Positions 19,228-27,913 of a DNA stretch of 64,000 bases are shown piece after piece. The notes beneath the pieces are model-generated. The model was not told the origin of the DNA, made no database searches, and saw nothing but the letters and a program-made list of their open reading frames with translations. The translations under genes and the position numbers were made by a program. The stretch is from an uncultured Gammaproteobacteria bacterium (GTDB lineage: Bacteria; Patescibacteriota; Microgenomatia; Woykebacterales; RBG-16-39-9b), in contig CAYHXX010000001.1 of the NCBI GenBank assembly GCA_964360785.1, forward strand, positions 138,549 through 202,548, in the 5' to 3' direction. The number at the start of each line of letters is the position of its first letter. Positions within the stretch are counted from its first letter, which is position 1.

Positions 19228-20107
19228 TTTTCCCTCCTTTAGTTTTAAAATAAACTTGCTTAAGATTTTGAAGCACTGCTGTATCCTCGGCAACTTTTTT
19301 TGCCGCTGCACTTGCAGAAATTGGTAGTGAAAGACAAAATGTCGAACCTTTTCCCGGTTCACTTCTGTCCAACCAAAGTTTACCGCCGTGGTGCTCGATA
19401 AATTTCTTTGAGATATAAAGCCCAAGACCGCTTCCGGTGGACATTGTCGCTACAGTTGGGTCAGCTGGTTTGGTAAATTTTTTAAACAACTCTTCCTTTT
19501 TTTCCTCCGGCATTCCAGTACCAGTATCAGTAACGGAAATCACAACAAACTCACCTTCCCGTTTAAAACTGATTGTGATTGAGCCTTGTTCTGTAAATTT
19601 TAAGGCATTGGTAACTAAATTGATTAAAACCTGGGAAATTTTGTCCTGGTCACCTTGAACTTTTGGGATATCGGGACTGTCAACTACAACTATTCTAACA
19701 CCGTTTTGATCAGCAACTAGATTTAATGAGGCCTCGAGCAGATGCGCCACGTTTACAATATCAAGTTCGGGAAGTAGATTAAAATATATGACTCCAGCTT
19801 CAATTCTAGAAATATCAAGCAGTTCATTAACCATTCTAATTTGCCGTCCCACTACAACCATTACATCCTTTAGGTCATCTCTTACCTCATCGTTAATATC
19901 CCCATCATCACCAGCCAAAATCATGCTAATTGTTCCTTTGAGTATTGCCATAGGATTGCGTAATTCGTGGCTAGCAATTGAAATAAACTCATCTTTAGCT
20001 TTATCAAGTTGATGTAGCCGTAAGTTTGCATGCGTCAATTCACGGATCGCCTGGTTGTAGGCTTCGGGTGTTGGAGGAGCTGGATTTGAGTTAGGATTTT
20101 TTTCCAC
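19220..20107 (-). CDS. Cytoplasmic histidine kinase (HisKA + HATPase_c)
   Basis: FISIASHELRNP, NLVTNALKFT, DTGTG, GSGLGLYI, GKGSTF. Confidence 0.92.
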   Translation of the reverse strand: MEKNPNSNPAPPTPEAYNQAIRELTHANLRLHQLDKAKDEFISIASHELRNPMAILKGTISMILAGDDGDINDEVRDDLKDVMVVVGRQIRMVNELLDISRIEAGVIYFNLLPELDIVNVAHLLEASLNLVADQNGVRIVVVDSPDIPKVQGDQDKISQVLINLVTNALKFTEQGSITISFKREGEFVVISVTDTGTGMPEEKKEELFKKFTKPADPTVATMSTGSGLGLYISKKFIEHHGGKLWLDRSEPGKGSTFCLSLPISASAAAKKVAEDTAVLQNLKQVYFKTKGGKNE

Positions 20108-20236
20108 AGTTATAGTTTTTCTTTACTCAAGTCTAGCCTAGAATTAAGCTTTAAGTCAAGAAATTTACGTTCAATAGATAGATTCAAGTGAATTACGTTT
20201 TATTCTGCCTAAATACTAGACATAGGTAATATACTA

Positions 20237-21136
20237 TTGATAGTGACAGCAATAGTAATCAGCACTAACAAATTAACAAAGTACTACGGTAAAAACCTCG
20301 GGATTGAAAATCTTAGCTTGAAGGTTAATGAAGGTGAAATATTTGGTTTTCTTGGTCCTAACGGCGCCGGCAAATCTACAACAATCAAATTACTCTTAAA
20401 TTTTATCAAACCGACTTCCGGAACTGCGAGTGTTTTCGGCATCAATCCAGAAACAAACGTGCTTGAAATAAATAAAAATATTGGCTACTTGCCTGGAGAG
20501 GTTCATATGTATGACCAACTCACTGGAGAGGGCCACCTGAAATTTCAGGCGGAATTGCACAACGATGTGGACTGGAAATATGTAGAAGGTTTGAAAAAAA
20601 GACTACAGGCAGAATTTAAAAAGCCAATAAAAGCTCTTTCACATGGGAATAAACAAAAGATTGCCCTGATCGGAGCCTTGATGAACCAGCCCAAGCTTTT
20701 GATATTGGACGAGCCTACTACCGGACTAGACCCACTGATCCAGCAAGAGTTTTACAAAATTCTTGACGAGGTAAACAAAGCTGGGACAACAATTTTCATC
20801 TCCTCCCACATACTCCCAGAAGTAGAAAGAGTTTGTGACCGGGTTGCAATAATTCGCGATGGCAAACTGGTGCTGACTGAAGAAATAAACACGCTGAAAA
20901 ACAAAGCCACTCGACCAGTAGAGGTATTTTTTGTAACCAAACCGATTAAAGAGGATTTTGACGAAATTCCAGAAATTTCAGATCTGTCAATTGAAGGTAA
21001 TATCCTGCGTTGTATCATCCAAGGTTCATACGATAAATTTCTGAAAGCTGTGGCAAAATACGAAGTTTCAAACTTAATCACTCAAGAACCAAACCTCGAA
21101 AAGATATTTTTGGATTATTACAAAGGAGATAAGTAA
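20237..21136 (+). CDS. ABC-2 type transporter ATP-binding protein
   Basis: GPNGAGKST, LSHGNKQK, ILDEPTTGLD, SSH. Confidence 0.92.
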   Translation: MIVTAIVISTNKLTKYYGKNLGIENLSLKVNEGEIFGFLGPNGAGKSTTIKLLLNFIKPTSGTASVFGINPETNVLEINKNIGYLPGEVHMYDQLTGEGHLKFQAELHNDVDWKYVEGLKKRLQAEFKKPIKALSHGNKQKIALIGALMNQPKLLILDEPTTGLDPLIQQEFYKILDEVNKAGTTIFISSHILPEVERVCDRVAIIRDGKLVLTEEINTLKNKATRPVEVFFVTKPIKEDFDEIPEISDLSIEGNILRCIIQGSYDKFLKAVAKYEVSNLITQEPNLEKIFLDYYKGDK

Positions 21137-21937
21137 ATGCCAAAGATTTTAATCCAATCTCTCAAAATACAAAGAAAATCCTTTATTTTCTGGACAATTG
21201 GCCTACTGTTTTTGATAGCTCTTTACATGGTTCTTTATCCAAGTATCAAAGATAGCGCTGCGGAACTAAATGCCTATATGGACAAGATGCCTGAAGCTCT
21301 CAAATCGGCTTTCATCGAAGAAGGTCTAGACTACGCCAGTCCTCTTGGTTATGTCAGTAGCGAGATTTACACCCAAATGTTACCAATCTTGTTTCTTTTC
21401 TTTACGATAGCCTCTGGAAGTGCAGCTATTGCTGGGGAGGAGGAAAAAGGAACTCTGGACATTGTGCTTTCCACTCCAGTACGACGTAGTCGATTTTTAC
21501 TGGAAAAATTTGGAAGTTTGGTAATTAGCCTCGGGTATCTTTCTGTAGTAATTGTGTTAGCTATCTTTTTTGGTTCTAAGTTTGTTGATCTGAAAGTAAC
21601 ACTGTCACAGCTAGCCTCAGGAACATTTATGCTATTTTTACTCAGCTTAAACTTTGGTGCAATTGCTTTGTTTATCGGCAGTGTTACAGGTAACCGCGGT
21701 CTAGCGGTTGGTCTGACAACTGCTTTTGCAGTCCTATCTTTTTTTGTAAGTGCTTTTTCCTCACTTGTAAAAACTTTGGACAAGTTAAAAGACTTTTCAC
21801 CTTTTTATCACTACAGCAACACAAACGCATTAGTAAATGGCGTTGATTGGGCAAGTGCCTCACTCTTGATCTGGGTGACGCTTAGTTTGGTCGCACTGAG
21901 TATTGCTGCTTTTGCACGTCGCGATTTAAACGTCTAA
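21137..21937 (+). CDS. ABC-2 type transporter permease
   Basis: IAGEEEKGTLDIVLSTPVRR, 6 TM, FARRDL end. Confidence 0.9.
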   Translation: MPKILIQSLKIQRKSFIFWTIGLLFLIALYMVLYPSIKDSAAELNAYMDKMPEALKSAFIEEGLDYASPLGYVSSEIYTQMLPILFLFFTIASGSAAIAGEEEKGTLDIVLSTPVRRSRFLLEKFGSLVISLGYLSVVIVLAIFFGSKFVDLKVTLSQLASGTFMLFLLSLNFGAIALFIGSVTGNRGLAVGLTTAFAVLSFFVSAFSSLVKTLDKLKDFSPFYHYSNTNALVNGVDWASASLLIWVTLSLVALSIAAFARRDLNV

Positions 21938-21992
21938 TTAAATATAGGAAGACGTATAAATCGAAATTTATATCGGAATTAATTAAGAAATT

Positions 21993-22568
21993 ATGAAAAA
22001 AGTCTACATAATCCATGGTTGGGAGGGTTTTCCCGAAGAAGGCTGGTTCTCCTGGCTACGCAACAAACTAATTCAGGAAGGTTTCCAGGTCGTTGTTCCA
22101 GCGATGCCGGATTCGGACAAACCGACACTTGAGAAATGGCTTCCTTTTTTGAAAGATTTGGTAAAAGAGGTTGATTCAAACACATATTTTGTCGGTCATA
22201 GTTTGGGCTGCATAACAATTCTTCGCTTCCTAGGAAGCTTAAAAGAAGTACAAACTGTTGGTGGTGCTGTTCTAGTTGGTGGGTTTGGTCATAACCTCGA
22301 ATACGACGGCTATAAAGGTGAACTCGATAGCTTTTTCAAGGAGGAGGTTGCTTGGGAAAAGATCAGAAGGAACTGCAAAAAGTTCGTAGCGATTCACTCG
22401 GACAACGATCCTTTTGTTCCTCTCAAACACAACCAAATCTTTGTCGAAAAATTAGGGGCGGAATCTATAATCGAGCACAACAAGTTTCATTTCAGCGGCG
22501 ATGATGGGATCAACGAACTCCCAAGCGCTCTTGAAGCAATTTTACAGATTTCTAACCAAAAGATCTAA
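21993..22568 (+). CDS. RBBP9/YdeN family alpha/beta hydrolase
   Basis: IIHGW, WFSWL, VGHSLGC, HSDNDPFVP, HF. Confidence 0.9.
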   Translation: MKKVYIIHGWEGFPEEGWFSWLRNKLIQEGFQVVVPAMPDSDKPTLEKWLPFLKDLVKEVDSNTYFVGHSLGCITILRFLGSLKEVQTVGGAVLVGGFGHNLEYDGYKGELDSFFKEEVAWEKIRRNCKKFVAIHSDNDPFVPLKHNQIFVEKLGAESIIEHNKFHFSGDDGINELPSALEAILQISNQKI

Positions 22569-23742
22569 TCAAATTTACTACTTTTTCAACCTCAGTATCT
22601 GTCATACCCAAGTAATTTGGTAAATTCAGAGTTTGTGCTGCCACCTGCTCTGCCACCGGACAGCTCCCAGAGCGATATCCCAACCGAGCTAGATGAACTC
22701 CTTCTGGATAAACAACACTGTTGTACCAAGTACCAAGGGCCAGTTTTCTTTTCTTAGCTTCTTCCAAGATTAGAATGGCTTTTGGATGGAGACCGACGAC
22801 CCGCAAGTACACACCTTCATGTGGTCCAATCAGCTTTACTGTTGAACTTGCAAGTTTTTGAAAATATTTTTCGGCGATTTCTTTGCGTTTATTGTTATAA
22901 CTATCTATTTTTTCAAACTCCTGCAGAGCCAACTTGGCTAAGATATCCGGCATTTTACTTGGATACCAAGAAGGTTTTAAACCTGACAATTCTTTTTGGC
23001 TAGTGACGACGTTGATACTGTCGAATTGATAGAGATACCTTATAAAAATACCTCCCCATTTTTTGGGATGAATTCGGCGGAAAAGTAAGCGCCAGGAAAA
23101 ATAATTGGCAACCTCTTGTAGTACTTTTCTTTTGGGTAAATCCTTAAGATCATAGGTCAGCCTTTCAGCTTTTTCCTCTAACGCATGGTCGTTTACGATC
23201 AAAGCGCCTCCGGAGAGGCTGCTGATAACCTTTTCTCTACCAAAAGAAAGTATGGCCAGGTCGCCAAATGTTCCCAGAAGCTTACTGTCCACCTTTGCTC
23301 CCAAACTGTGAGCACAGTCTTCAATCACTTTGAGTTTGTACTGCTCAGCAATTTTAAGAATTTCCCGAATTCTGGCGGGGTTTCCGAAGGTGTGTTGAAC
23401 AATTATTGCTTTAGAATTTGCAGTAATTTTTGATTTTAAATCCTGCAAATCCATATTCAGTGTCTCTGCATCAATATCGACATAAACTGGAACGGCTCCA
23501 GACCAAAGAACTGGGTTCGGAACCGCATTGCAGGTGTAGGCCTGTATCAAAACTTCATCCCCATGACCAATACCTAAGGTTTTCAAAGCAAGGTAAATTG
23601 CACTACGGCCGGAGTTGACCACGAAAACTTTGGCATTGAAATATTGACCCAATTTTTCCTGAAGTGCGAGCACAGTATTACCAGAAACAAAGCTTTCTCT
23701 TTGCAGTAAACCTTTCAGTAATAGTTTTGGAGTTGTAGACAT
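22552..23742 (-). CDS. DegT/DnrJ/EryC1/StrS aminotransferase
   Basis: NSGRSA, VIEDCAHSLG, SFGREK, CPVAE..TLNLP. Confidence 0.9.
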   Translation of the reverse strand: MSTTPKLLLKGLLQRESFVSGNTVLALQEKLGQYFNAKVFVVNSGRSAIYLALKTLGIGHGDEVLIQAYTCNAVPNPVLWSGAVPVYVDIDAETLNMDLQDLKSKITANSKAIIVQHTFGNPARIREILKIAEQYKLKVIEDCAHSLGAKVDSKLLGTFGDLAILSFGREKVISSLSGGALIVNDHALEEKAERLTYDLKDLPKRKVLQEVANYFSWRLLFRRIHPKKWGGIFIRYLYQFDSINVVTSQKELSGLKPSWYPSKMPDILAKLALQEFEKIDSYNNKRKEIAEKYFQKLASSTVKLIGPHEGVYLRVVGLHPKAILILEEAKKRKLALGTWYNSVVYPEGVHLARLGYRSGSCPVAEQVAAQTLNLPNYLGMTDTEVEKVVNLIRSFG

Positions 23743-23750
23743 AAAGATTT

Positions 23751-23806
23751 TGGTGGGCGAGGAGGGACAACTCGCTCATTCGCCTTCAGCGAAAGCCTAA
23801 CTCCCC
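23751..23806 (-). pseudogene. Ghost tRNA 3' half downstream of tRNA-Leu(TAA)
   Basis: GGGGAGTT[hairpin insert TTCGCTGAAGGCGAA]TCCCTC-CTCGCCC-ACCA. Confidence 0.65.
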
Positions 23807-23815
23807 TAATAAATT

Positions 23816-23901
23816 TGGTGCGGGCGGTGAGACTCGAACTCACAAGACCTTACGGCCAATGGATTTTAAGTCCATCGCGTATACCATTCCGCCACGCCCG
23901 C
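23816..23901 (-). tRNA. tRNA-Leu(TAA)
   Basis: GCGGGCG...ATGGA-CTTAAAA-TCCAT, long variable arm, GTTCGAGTC, ACCA. Confidence 0.95.
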
Positions 23902-23973
23902 TAGGTGACTTGGAGATTATACAAAATGAAGGGGAATTCTGCTAGCCAGAAAGCTCACGACAATTGCAAAAGT

Positions 23974-24513
23974 TTAGTTTAAAAGCCTGCGGGAAAGACG
24001 ATAAAGAACCAATCCTACCAAAGCTAAACCAACGAAAACTAGGTTGTTTTCTGGTCCAGTACTTGGGAGGCTTGGGTTTGTGGTAGTAGTACCTTGGGTT
24101 GAACCGGATTCATCTCTAGCCTCTTGGGTCGTTGTGGTTTCATCTTTCTTCGGTGGGCTTCCAACTTTGATTTTTGTTTTTTGGGACTCATCTCCAGCGA
24201 GATAAAGTTCAGCTTCAGTATTTTCGGAAAGTGTGAGCTCTCTAGAAGAAGACTTCGCATCGACCTCAACAAGAGTAGTCTTGTCGCTTGATTTTTTGAT
24301 CGTTTGGTTTTTATCTGTATTGTTTTGAATTCGGAAAACTTCTTTATTATCGACACTATAGTTATTGAGGGCAAATTTGCCATCTTTATTGATTGTAACT
24401 ACTGCGACTGAGTTGTTTCCATTGGCAAGAAAACGGTAAATAAGAACACCAGCCCCAACAACCACAACCAAAAAGAGTAAGAGCCCAACAATTGAAATAG
24501 CGGTTTTTGCCAT
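23974..24513 (-). CDS. Surface protein with C-terminal LPxTG-type sorting signal
   Basis: N-terminal TM, Thr/Ser-rich linker, LPSTG + hydrophobic helix + RLSRR tail. Confidence 0.65.
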   Translation of the reverse strand: MAKTAISIVGLLLFLVVVVGAGVLIYRFLANGNNSVAVVTINKDGKFALNNYSVDNKEVFRIQNNTDKNQTIKKSSDKTTLVEVDAKSSSRELTLSENTEAELYLAGDESQKTKIKVGSPPKKDETTTTQEARDESGSTQGTTTTNPSLPSTGPENNLVFVGLALVGLVLYRLSRRLLN

Positions 24514-24619
24514 AGCGACAAGAATATAGCGCAACTTATAGTTGATTGCAAGTAGTTTATATTTTTGAGCTAGGTGGCTGTGAATCGTCCTACTATCAGA
24601 TACATTAACTTCACTCTTT

Positions 24620-24694
24620 TGGTCGGGGTGACAGGGCTTGAACCTGCGGCCTCACGCTCCCAAAGCGCGCGCTCTACCACTGAGCTACACCCCG
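24620..24694 (-). tRNA. tRNA-Pro(TGG)
   Basis: CGGGGTG...CGCGC-TTTGGGA-GCGTG...GGTTCAAGCC...CACCCCG-ACCA. Confidence 0.94.
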
Positions 24695-24710
24695 AAGTTA
24701 AAGTCTTTAC

Positions 24711-24785
24711 TGGTGCCGGATCGCGGAATCGAACCACGCACGCCCTGCTCTTCAGGCAGGCGCTCTACCACTGAGCTAATCCGGC
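24711..24785 (-). tRNA. tRNA-Phe(GAA)
   Basis: GCCGGAT...CCTGC-CTGAAGA-GCAGG...GGTTCGATTCC...ATCCGGC-ACCA. Confidence 0.94.
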
Positions 24786-24799
24786 GGAATTAGTCAAAG

Positions 24800-24881
24800 A
24801 TGCTCTTGCAACTAGCCAATATTACTTGTTTAAGTTTCATTGGTCAGTGGCAAGCTTTGCTTACGACTGAGCTAATCCGGC
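24800..24881 (-). pseudogene. Ghost 5' half of tRNA-Phe with D-loop insertion
   Basis: GCCGGATTAGCTCAGT (16 nt identical to intact gene) CG[~57 nt insert]AGAGCA. Confidence 0.8.
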
Positions 24882-24934
24882 TTAAATTTACGTTTCGGAT
24901 TTTGATTTTAGCACAAGTAGGATTACAAGAGAAG

Positions 24935-25390
24935 TTAAACTGCAGTTTCAGTTTTTGTTGATCTATATTTTTTATCTAGAGCAAAACGCATTATAACCAT
25001 CGGAATACAAGATAATACGAAGACTCCCAAAAAAATTATTGCAGAAATACCTACTGTTTCTCCAACACCCACACTATCTGCGGCCCTATAAATCATTCTA
25101 CCAATAAGCCACACAATCAAAATAGAACTCCCACCCAAAACAGCCCCTACTTTAGACGTGGTCGGGTTGATAAGCGCCTCATTATTATTTTGGTAGTTCT
25201 CTTGTTTAAGTTTCTCTTCTGGGGTCTTTACCCTTGTAAACCCAAGAGTTTTCCACCTCCTAAAAGCTTGTTTGTATGTGTAGATAGTTAGCGAAATTGC
25301 TAAATAAATTGAGAATAAATAAATAATCGTAGGTTCAAATAAACCTAAAATTGTAAAGATTGTTGCACCCATCCAAAAAATATACCTCAT
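24935..25390 (-). CDS. Hypothetical membrane protein
   Basis: 151-aa ORF with 3-4 TM segments. Confidence 0.6.
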   Translation of the reverse strand: MRYIFWMGATIFTILGLFEPTIIYLFSIYLAISLTIYTYKQAFRRWKTLGFTRVKTPEEKLKQENYQNNNEALINPTTSKVGAVLGGSSILIVWLIGRMIYRAADSVGVGETVGISAIIFLGVFVLSCIPMVIMRFALDKKYRSTKTETAV

Positions 25391-25432
25391 TTGGAAAGAG
25401 TAGCAAAAATTATGATAACTGGCAACAGTACA

Positions 25433-25674
25433 TGGGGTGCTTGAGGGACAGAACCGTTTGCCTCGAAAAACGAACCCCTGACCTACTCAGTGTAGGAATG
25501 CTAAAGCATCCTGCGAAAATTCTGGTGGGCACCAAGGGACTCGAACCCCTGACCTACTCGGTGTAAACGAGTCGCTCTAACCAACTGAGCTAGGTGCCCA
25601 GAATTTTCTAAAACAAGACGCTCTACTTTTGTGCAAAGCACAAATGCATCATACTCCGACTGAACTAAGAACCC
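25433..25674 (-). pseudogene. Ghost tRNA-Val shell enclosing intact tRNA-Val(TAC)
   Basis: GGGTTCTTAGTTCAGTCGG[insert]GTAGAGCGTCTTGTT-(intact tRNA)-[insert]TACACTGAGTAGGTCAGGGGTTCG[insert]TCCCTCAAGCACCCCA. Confidence 0.85.
25523..25599 (-). tRNA. tRNA-Val(TAC)
   Basis: GGGCACC...ACTCG-TTTACAC-CGAGT...GGTTCGAGTCC...GGTGCCC-ACCA. Confidence 0.95.
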
Positions 25675-26069
25675 AGAAAATATTTTTCTAAAGCTTTAAA
25701 GTACAAACCACCATCATCAAGTTTCTGATAATTTTCCTTATTTACCCATTCATAGTTTAAATGTTCATCGCTAATAGTAACTTCACCACCAGTAAATTCA
25801 CATTTGTATCCGACAAGGAAAATAGTTTTCCCTCCGTGCTTTCCACTAAGACAAACTCTGTGCCAGACAGCAAAAGGATCTCCAATTTTTATTTCCAGAC
25901 CTGTCTCTTCGTTTACTTCTCGTTTTAGACTTTCCTCAAAGTCCGTTTCACCTTCCTGAATTTTTCCGCCAGGAAAATCCAATCCATTATCAGCTTCCAT
26001 AACTAAGATCTTCCCATTATTGTTAATAAAAGCTTTTTGCCCAACATAAAAAAATTTGTCTTTAGCCAT
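25665..26069 (-). CDS. NUDIX hydrolase
   Basis: FPGGKIQEGETDFEESLKREVNEETGL; true start MAKDKFF (longer ORF overlaps tRNA-Leu). Confidence 0.9.
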   Translation of the reverse strand: MAKDKFFYVGQKAFINNNGKILVMEADNGLDFPGGKIQEGETDFEESLKREVNEETGLEIKIGDPFAVWHRVCLSGKHGGKTIFLVGYKCEFTGGEVTISDEHLNYEWVNKENYQKLDDGGLYFKALEKYFLGS

Positions 26070-26075
26070 AATTTC

Positions 26076-26159
26076 TGGTGCGGATGAGAGGACTCGAACC
26101 TCCAACCCTTGCGGGACATGCACCTCAAGCATGCGCGTATACCATTCCGCCACATCCGC
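26076..26159 (-). tRNA. tRNA-Leu(GAG)
   Basis: GCGGATG...CATGC-TTGAGGT-GCATG, long variable arm, ACCA. Confidence 0.94.
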
Positions 26160-26182
26160 AAAACCTCAGTATTCTAACATAT

Positions 26183-26268
26183 TGGTGCGGGCGAGAGGAG
26201 TCGAACCTCCACATCATTGCTGATACTGGAACCTGAATCCAGCGCGTCTACCATTCCGCCACGCCCGC
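26183..26268 (-). tRNA. tRNA-Leu(CAG)
   Basis: GCGGGCG...CTGGA-TTCAGGT-TCCAG, long variable arm, ACCA. Confidence 0.94.
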
Positions 26269-26348
26269 AAAGAATAGCTAGTATATCATTTTTGAAGCTA
26301 AATTACGACACTATTTACTTGACGGAACTTTTGAACTATATTTTCACT

Positions 26349-26753
26349 ATGAATCGTCCAATGGTAGCTGGTTTGATCATCAAAAACCACAAAATTCTTC
26401 TTGTTCACAACACCAAACACAATTCCTTCCGTATCGAGCCACCCGGCGGTAAAGTTGAAGAAAACGAATCTTTTCAAGCGGCGACAAACCGCGAGCTTGA
26501 GGAGGAGCTCGGAATAAAAGTTCATGTAGGTAAGCTATTCGGGACTTACCAAACAAACTCCCCCGAAGGGGACTTTAGTGTTAGCCTGTTTATTTGTGAA
26601 ATTGCTTCAGGAAATCCTCAACTTTCAGAACCAGAAATAATCAGCAACTTCGGATGGTATTCTTATGAACAGCTTCTTTCTTTGAGAAAGGAAGGGAACC
26701 TTGTCCCAAATATGGTCTCGGCTCTACCAAAACTCAAAAATATCCTAAACTAG
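26349..26753 (+). CDS. NUDIX hydrolase
   Basis: PPGGKVEENESFQAATNRELEEELGI; start MNRPMV. Confidence 0.88.
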   Translation: MNRPMVAGLIIKNHKILLVHNTKHNSFRIEPPGGKVEENESFQAATNRELEEELGIKVHVGKLFGTYQTNSPEGDFSVSLFICEIASGNPQLSEPEIISNFGWYSYEQLLSLRKEGNLVPNMVSALPKLKNILN

Positions 26754-26781
26754 AGGAGACTTTTGTGTTAATATTTTACCA

Positions 26782-27909
26782 ATGGATTTTGGTAAACTCG
26801 CGCTCGCACAAGCAAAAAAACATCACGGAAAAATAGAAGTTGTTTCCAAAATAAAAGTTAATTCCCGTGAAGATCTCTCGACTGCTTATACCCCTGGAGT
26901 TGCACAGGTTTCTCTTGAAGTTTCCAAAAACAAAGCCAAGGCCTATGATCTGACCATCAAGGGTAACTCTGTGGCTGTTGTCTCCGACGGCACTGCTGTT
27001 CTTGGTTTGGGTGATATCGGTCCCGAAGGCGCAATGCCGGTGATGGAGGGGAAGGCCTTACTTTTCAAAGAATTTGCTGGTATTGATGCTTACCCAATCG
27101 TTCTTAACACCAAGGAGCCGGATGAAATTGTTGCAATAGTCAAGGCAATTTCCCCTGGTTTCGCTGGAATCAACCTCGAAGATATCTCCGCACCCCGCTG
27201 TTTTGAGGTTGAAGAACGACTCCAGGATATCGGTATTCCTGTTTTTCATGATGATCAGCATGGTACTGCGATTGTTCTCTTGGCGGCTTTGTTGAACAGT
27301 CTAAAGGTAGTTAAAAAACAAATGAAGGATATCAAAGTTGTAATTGCTGGCGCAGGAGCCGCTGGTATTGCCACTGCCAAAATCCTCAAACCAGGAAAAT
27401 TAGTACTAATTGACTCGAAAGGTCCTATCAACAAAAAAAGGACCGACCTTAACAAATACAAAAAACAAATTGCTGCTCTAGCCTACTATGAGAACTGCAA
27501 AGACCTGGACGAAGTTTTTAAAAATGCTGACGTTTTTATCGGTCTTTCTGGTAAAGGAAAGCTGACCGCTGCCCAGATATCCAAAATGAATAAAAAAGCC
27601 ATCGTTTTCGCTCTTTCCAATCCGACTCCGGAAATACTCCCGGAGGAGGCCAAAAAAGCTGGTGCCGCAGTTGTCGCCACTGGTCGTAGCGATTACCCAA
27701 ACCAAATTAACAACGTTTTGGCTTTCCCAGGAGTTTTTCGTGGGGCAATCGACAGGAAAGCACTGAGAATTACAGAAGCAATGAAACTCAAAGCCGCTGA
27801 GACTTTAGCTTCCTTCGTAAAACGCCCTACAAAAGATAAAATCTTACCTAGCCCACTCGAGAAACAAGTAGCTAAGAAAATATCCTCCGCCATTAAAAAT
27901 CTTAAATAA
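26782..27909 (+). CDS. NAD(P)-dependent malic enzyme
   Basis: [57 protein letters not shown]. Confidence 0.95.
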   Translation: MDFGKLALAQAKKHHGKIEVVSKIKVNSREDLSTAYTPGVAQVSLEVSKNKAKAYDLTIKGNSVAVVSDGTAVLGLGDIGPEGAMPVMEGKALLFKEFAGIDAYPIVLNTKEPDEIVAIVKAISPGFAGINLEDISAPRCFEVEERLQDIGIPVFHDDQHGTAIVLLAALLNSLKVVKKQMKDIKVVIAGAGAAGIATAKILKPGKLVLIDSKGPINKKRTDLNKYKKQIAALAYYENCKDLDEVFKNADVFIGLSGKGKLTAAQISKMNKKAIVFALSNPTPEILPEEAKKAGAAVVATGRSDYPNQINNVLAFPGVFRGAIDRKALRITEAMKLKAAETLASFVKRPTKDKILPSPLEKQVAKKISSAIKNLK

Positions 27910-27913
27910 ATTT

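Noticed and set aside
24570-24619. Possible ghost after tRNA-Pro (GTGAAGTT...TTCACAGCCACC)
   Set aside because: No GTTCG and no convincing acceptor strand.
26070-26348. N-terminal extensions of the two NUDIX ORFs
   Set aside because: They overlap intact tRNA-Leu genes; downstream ATGs fit NUDIX length.
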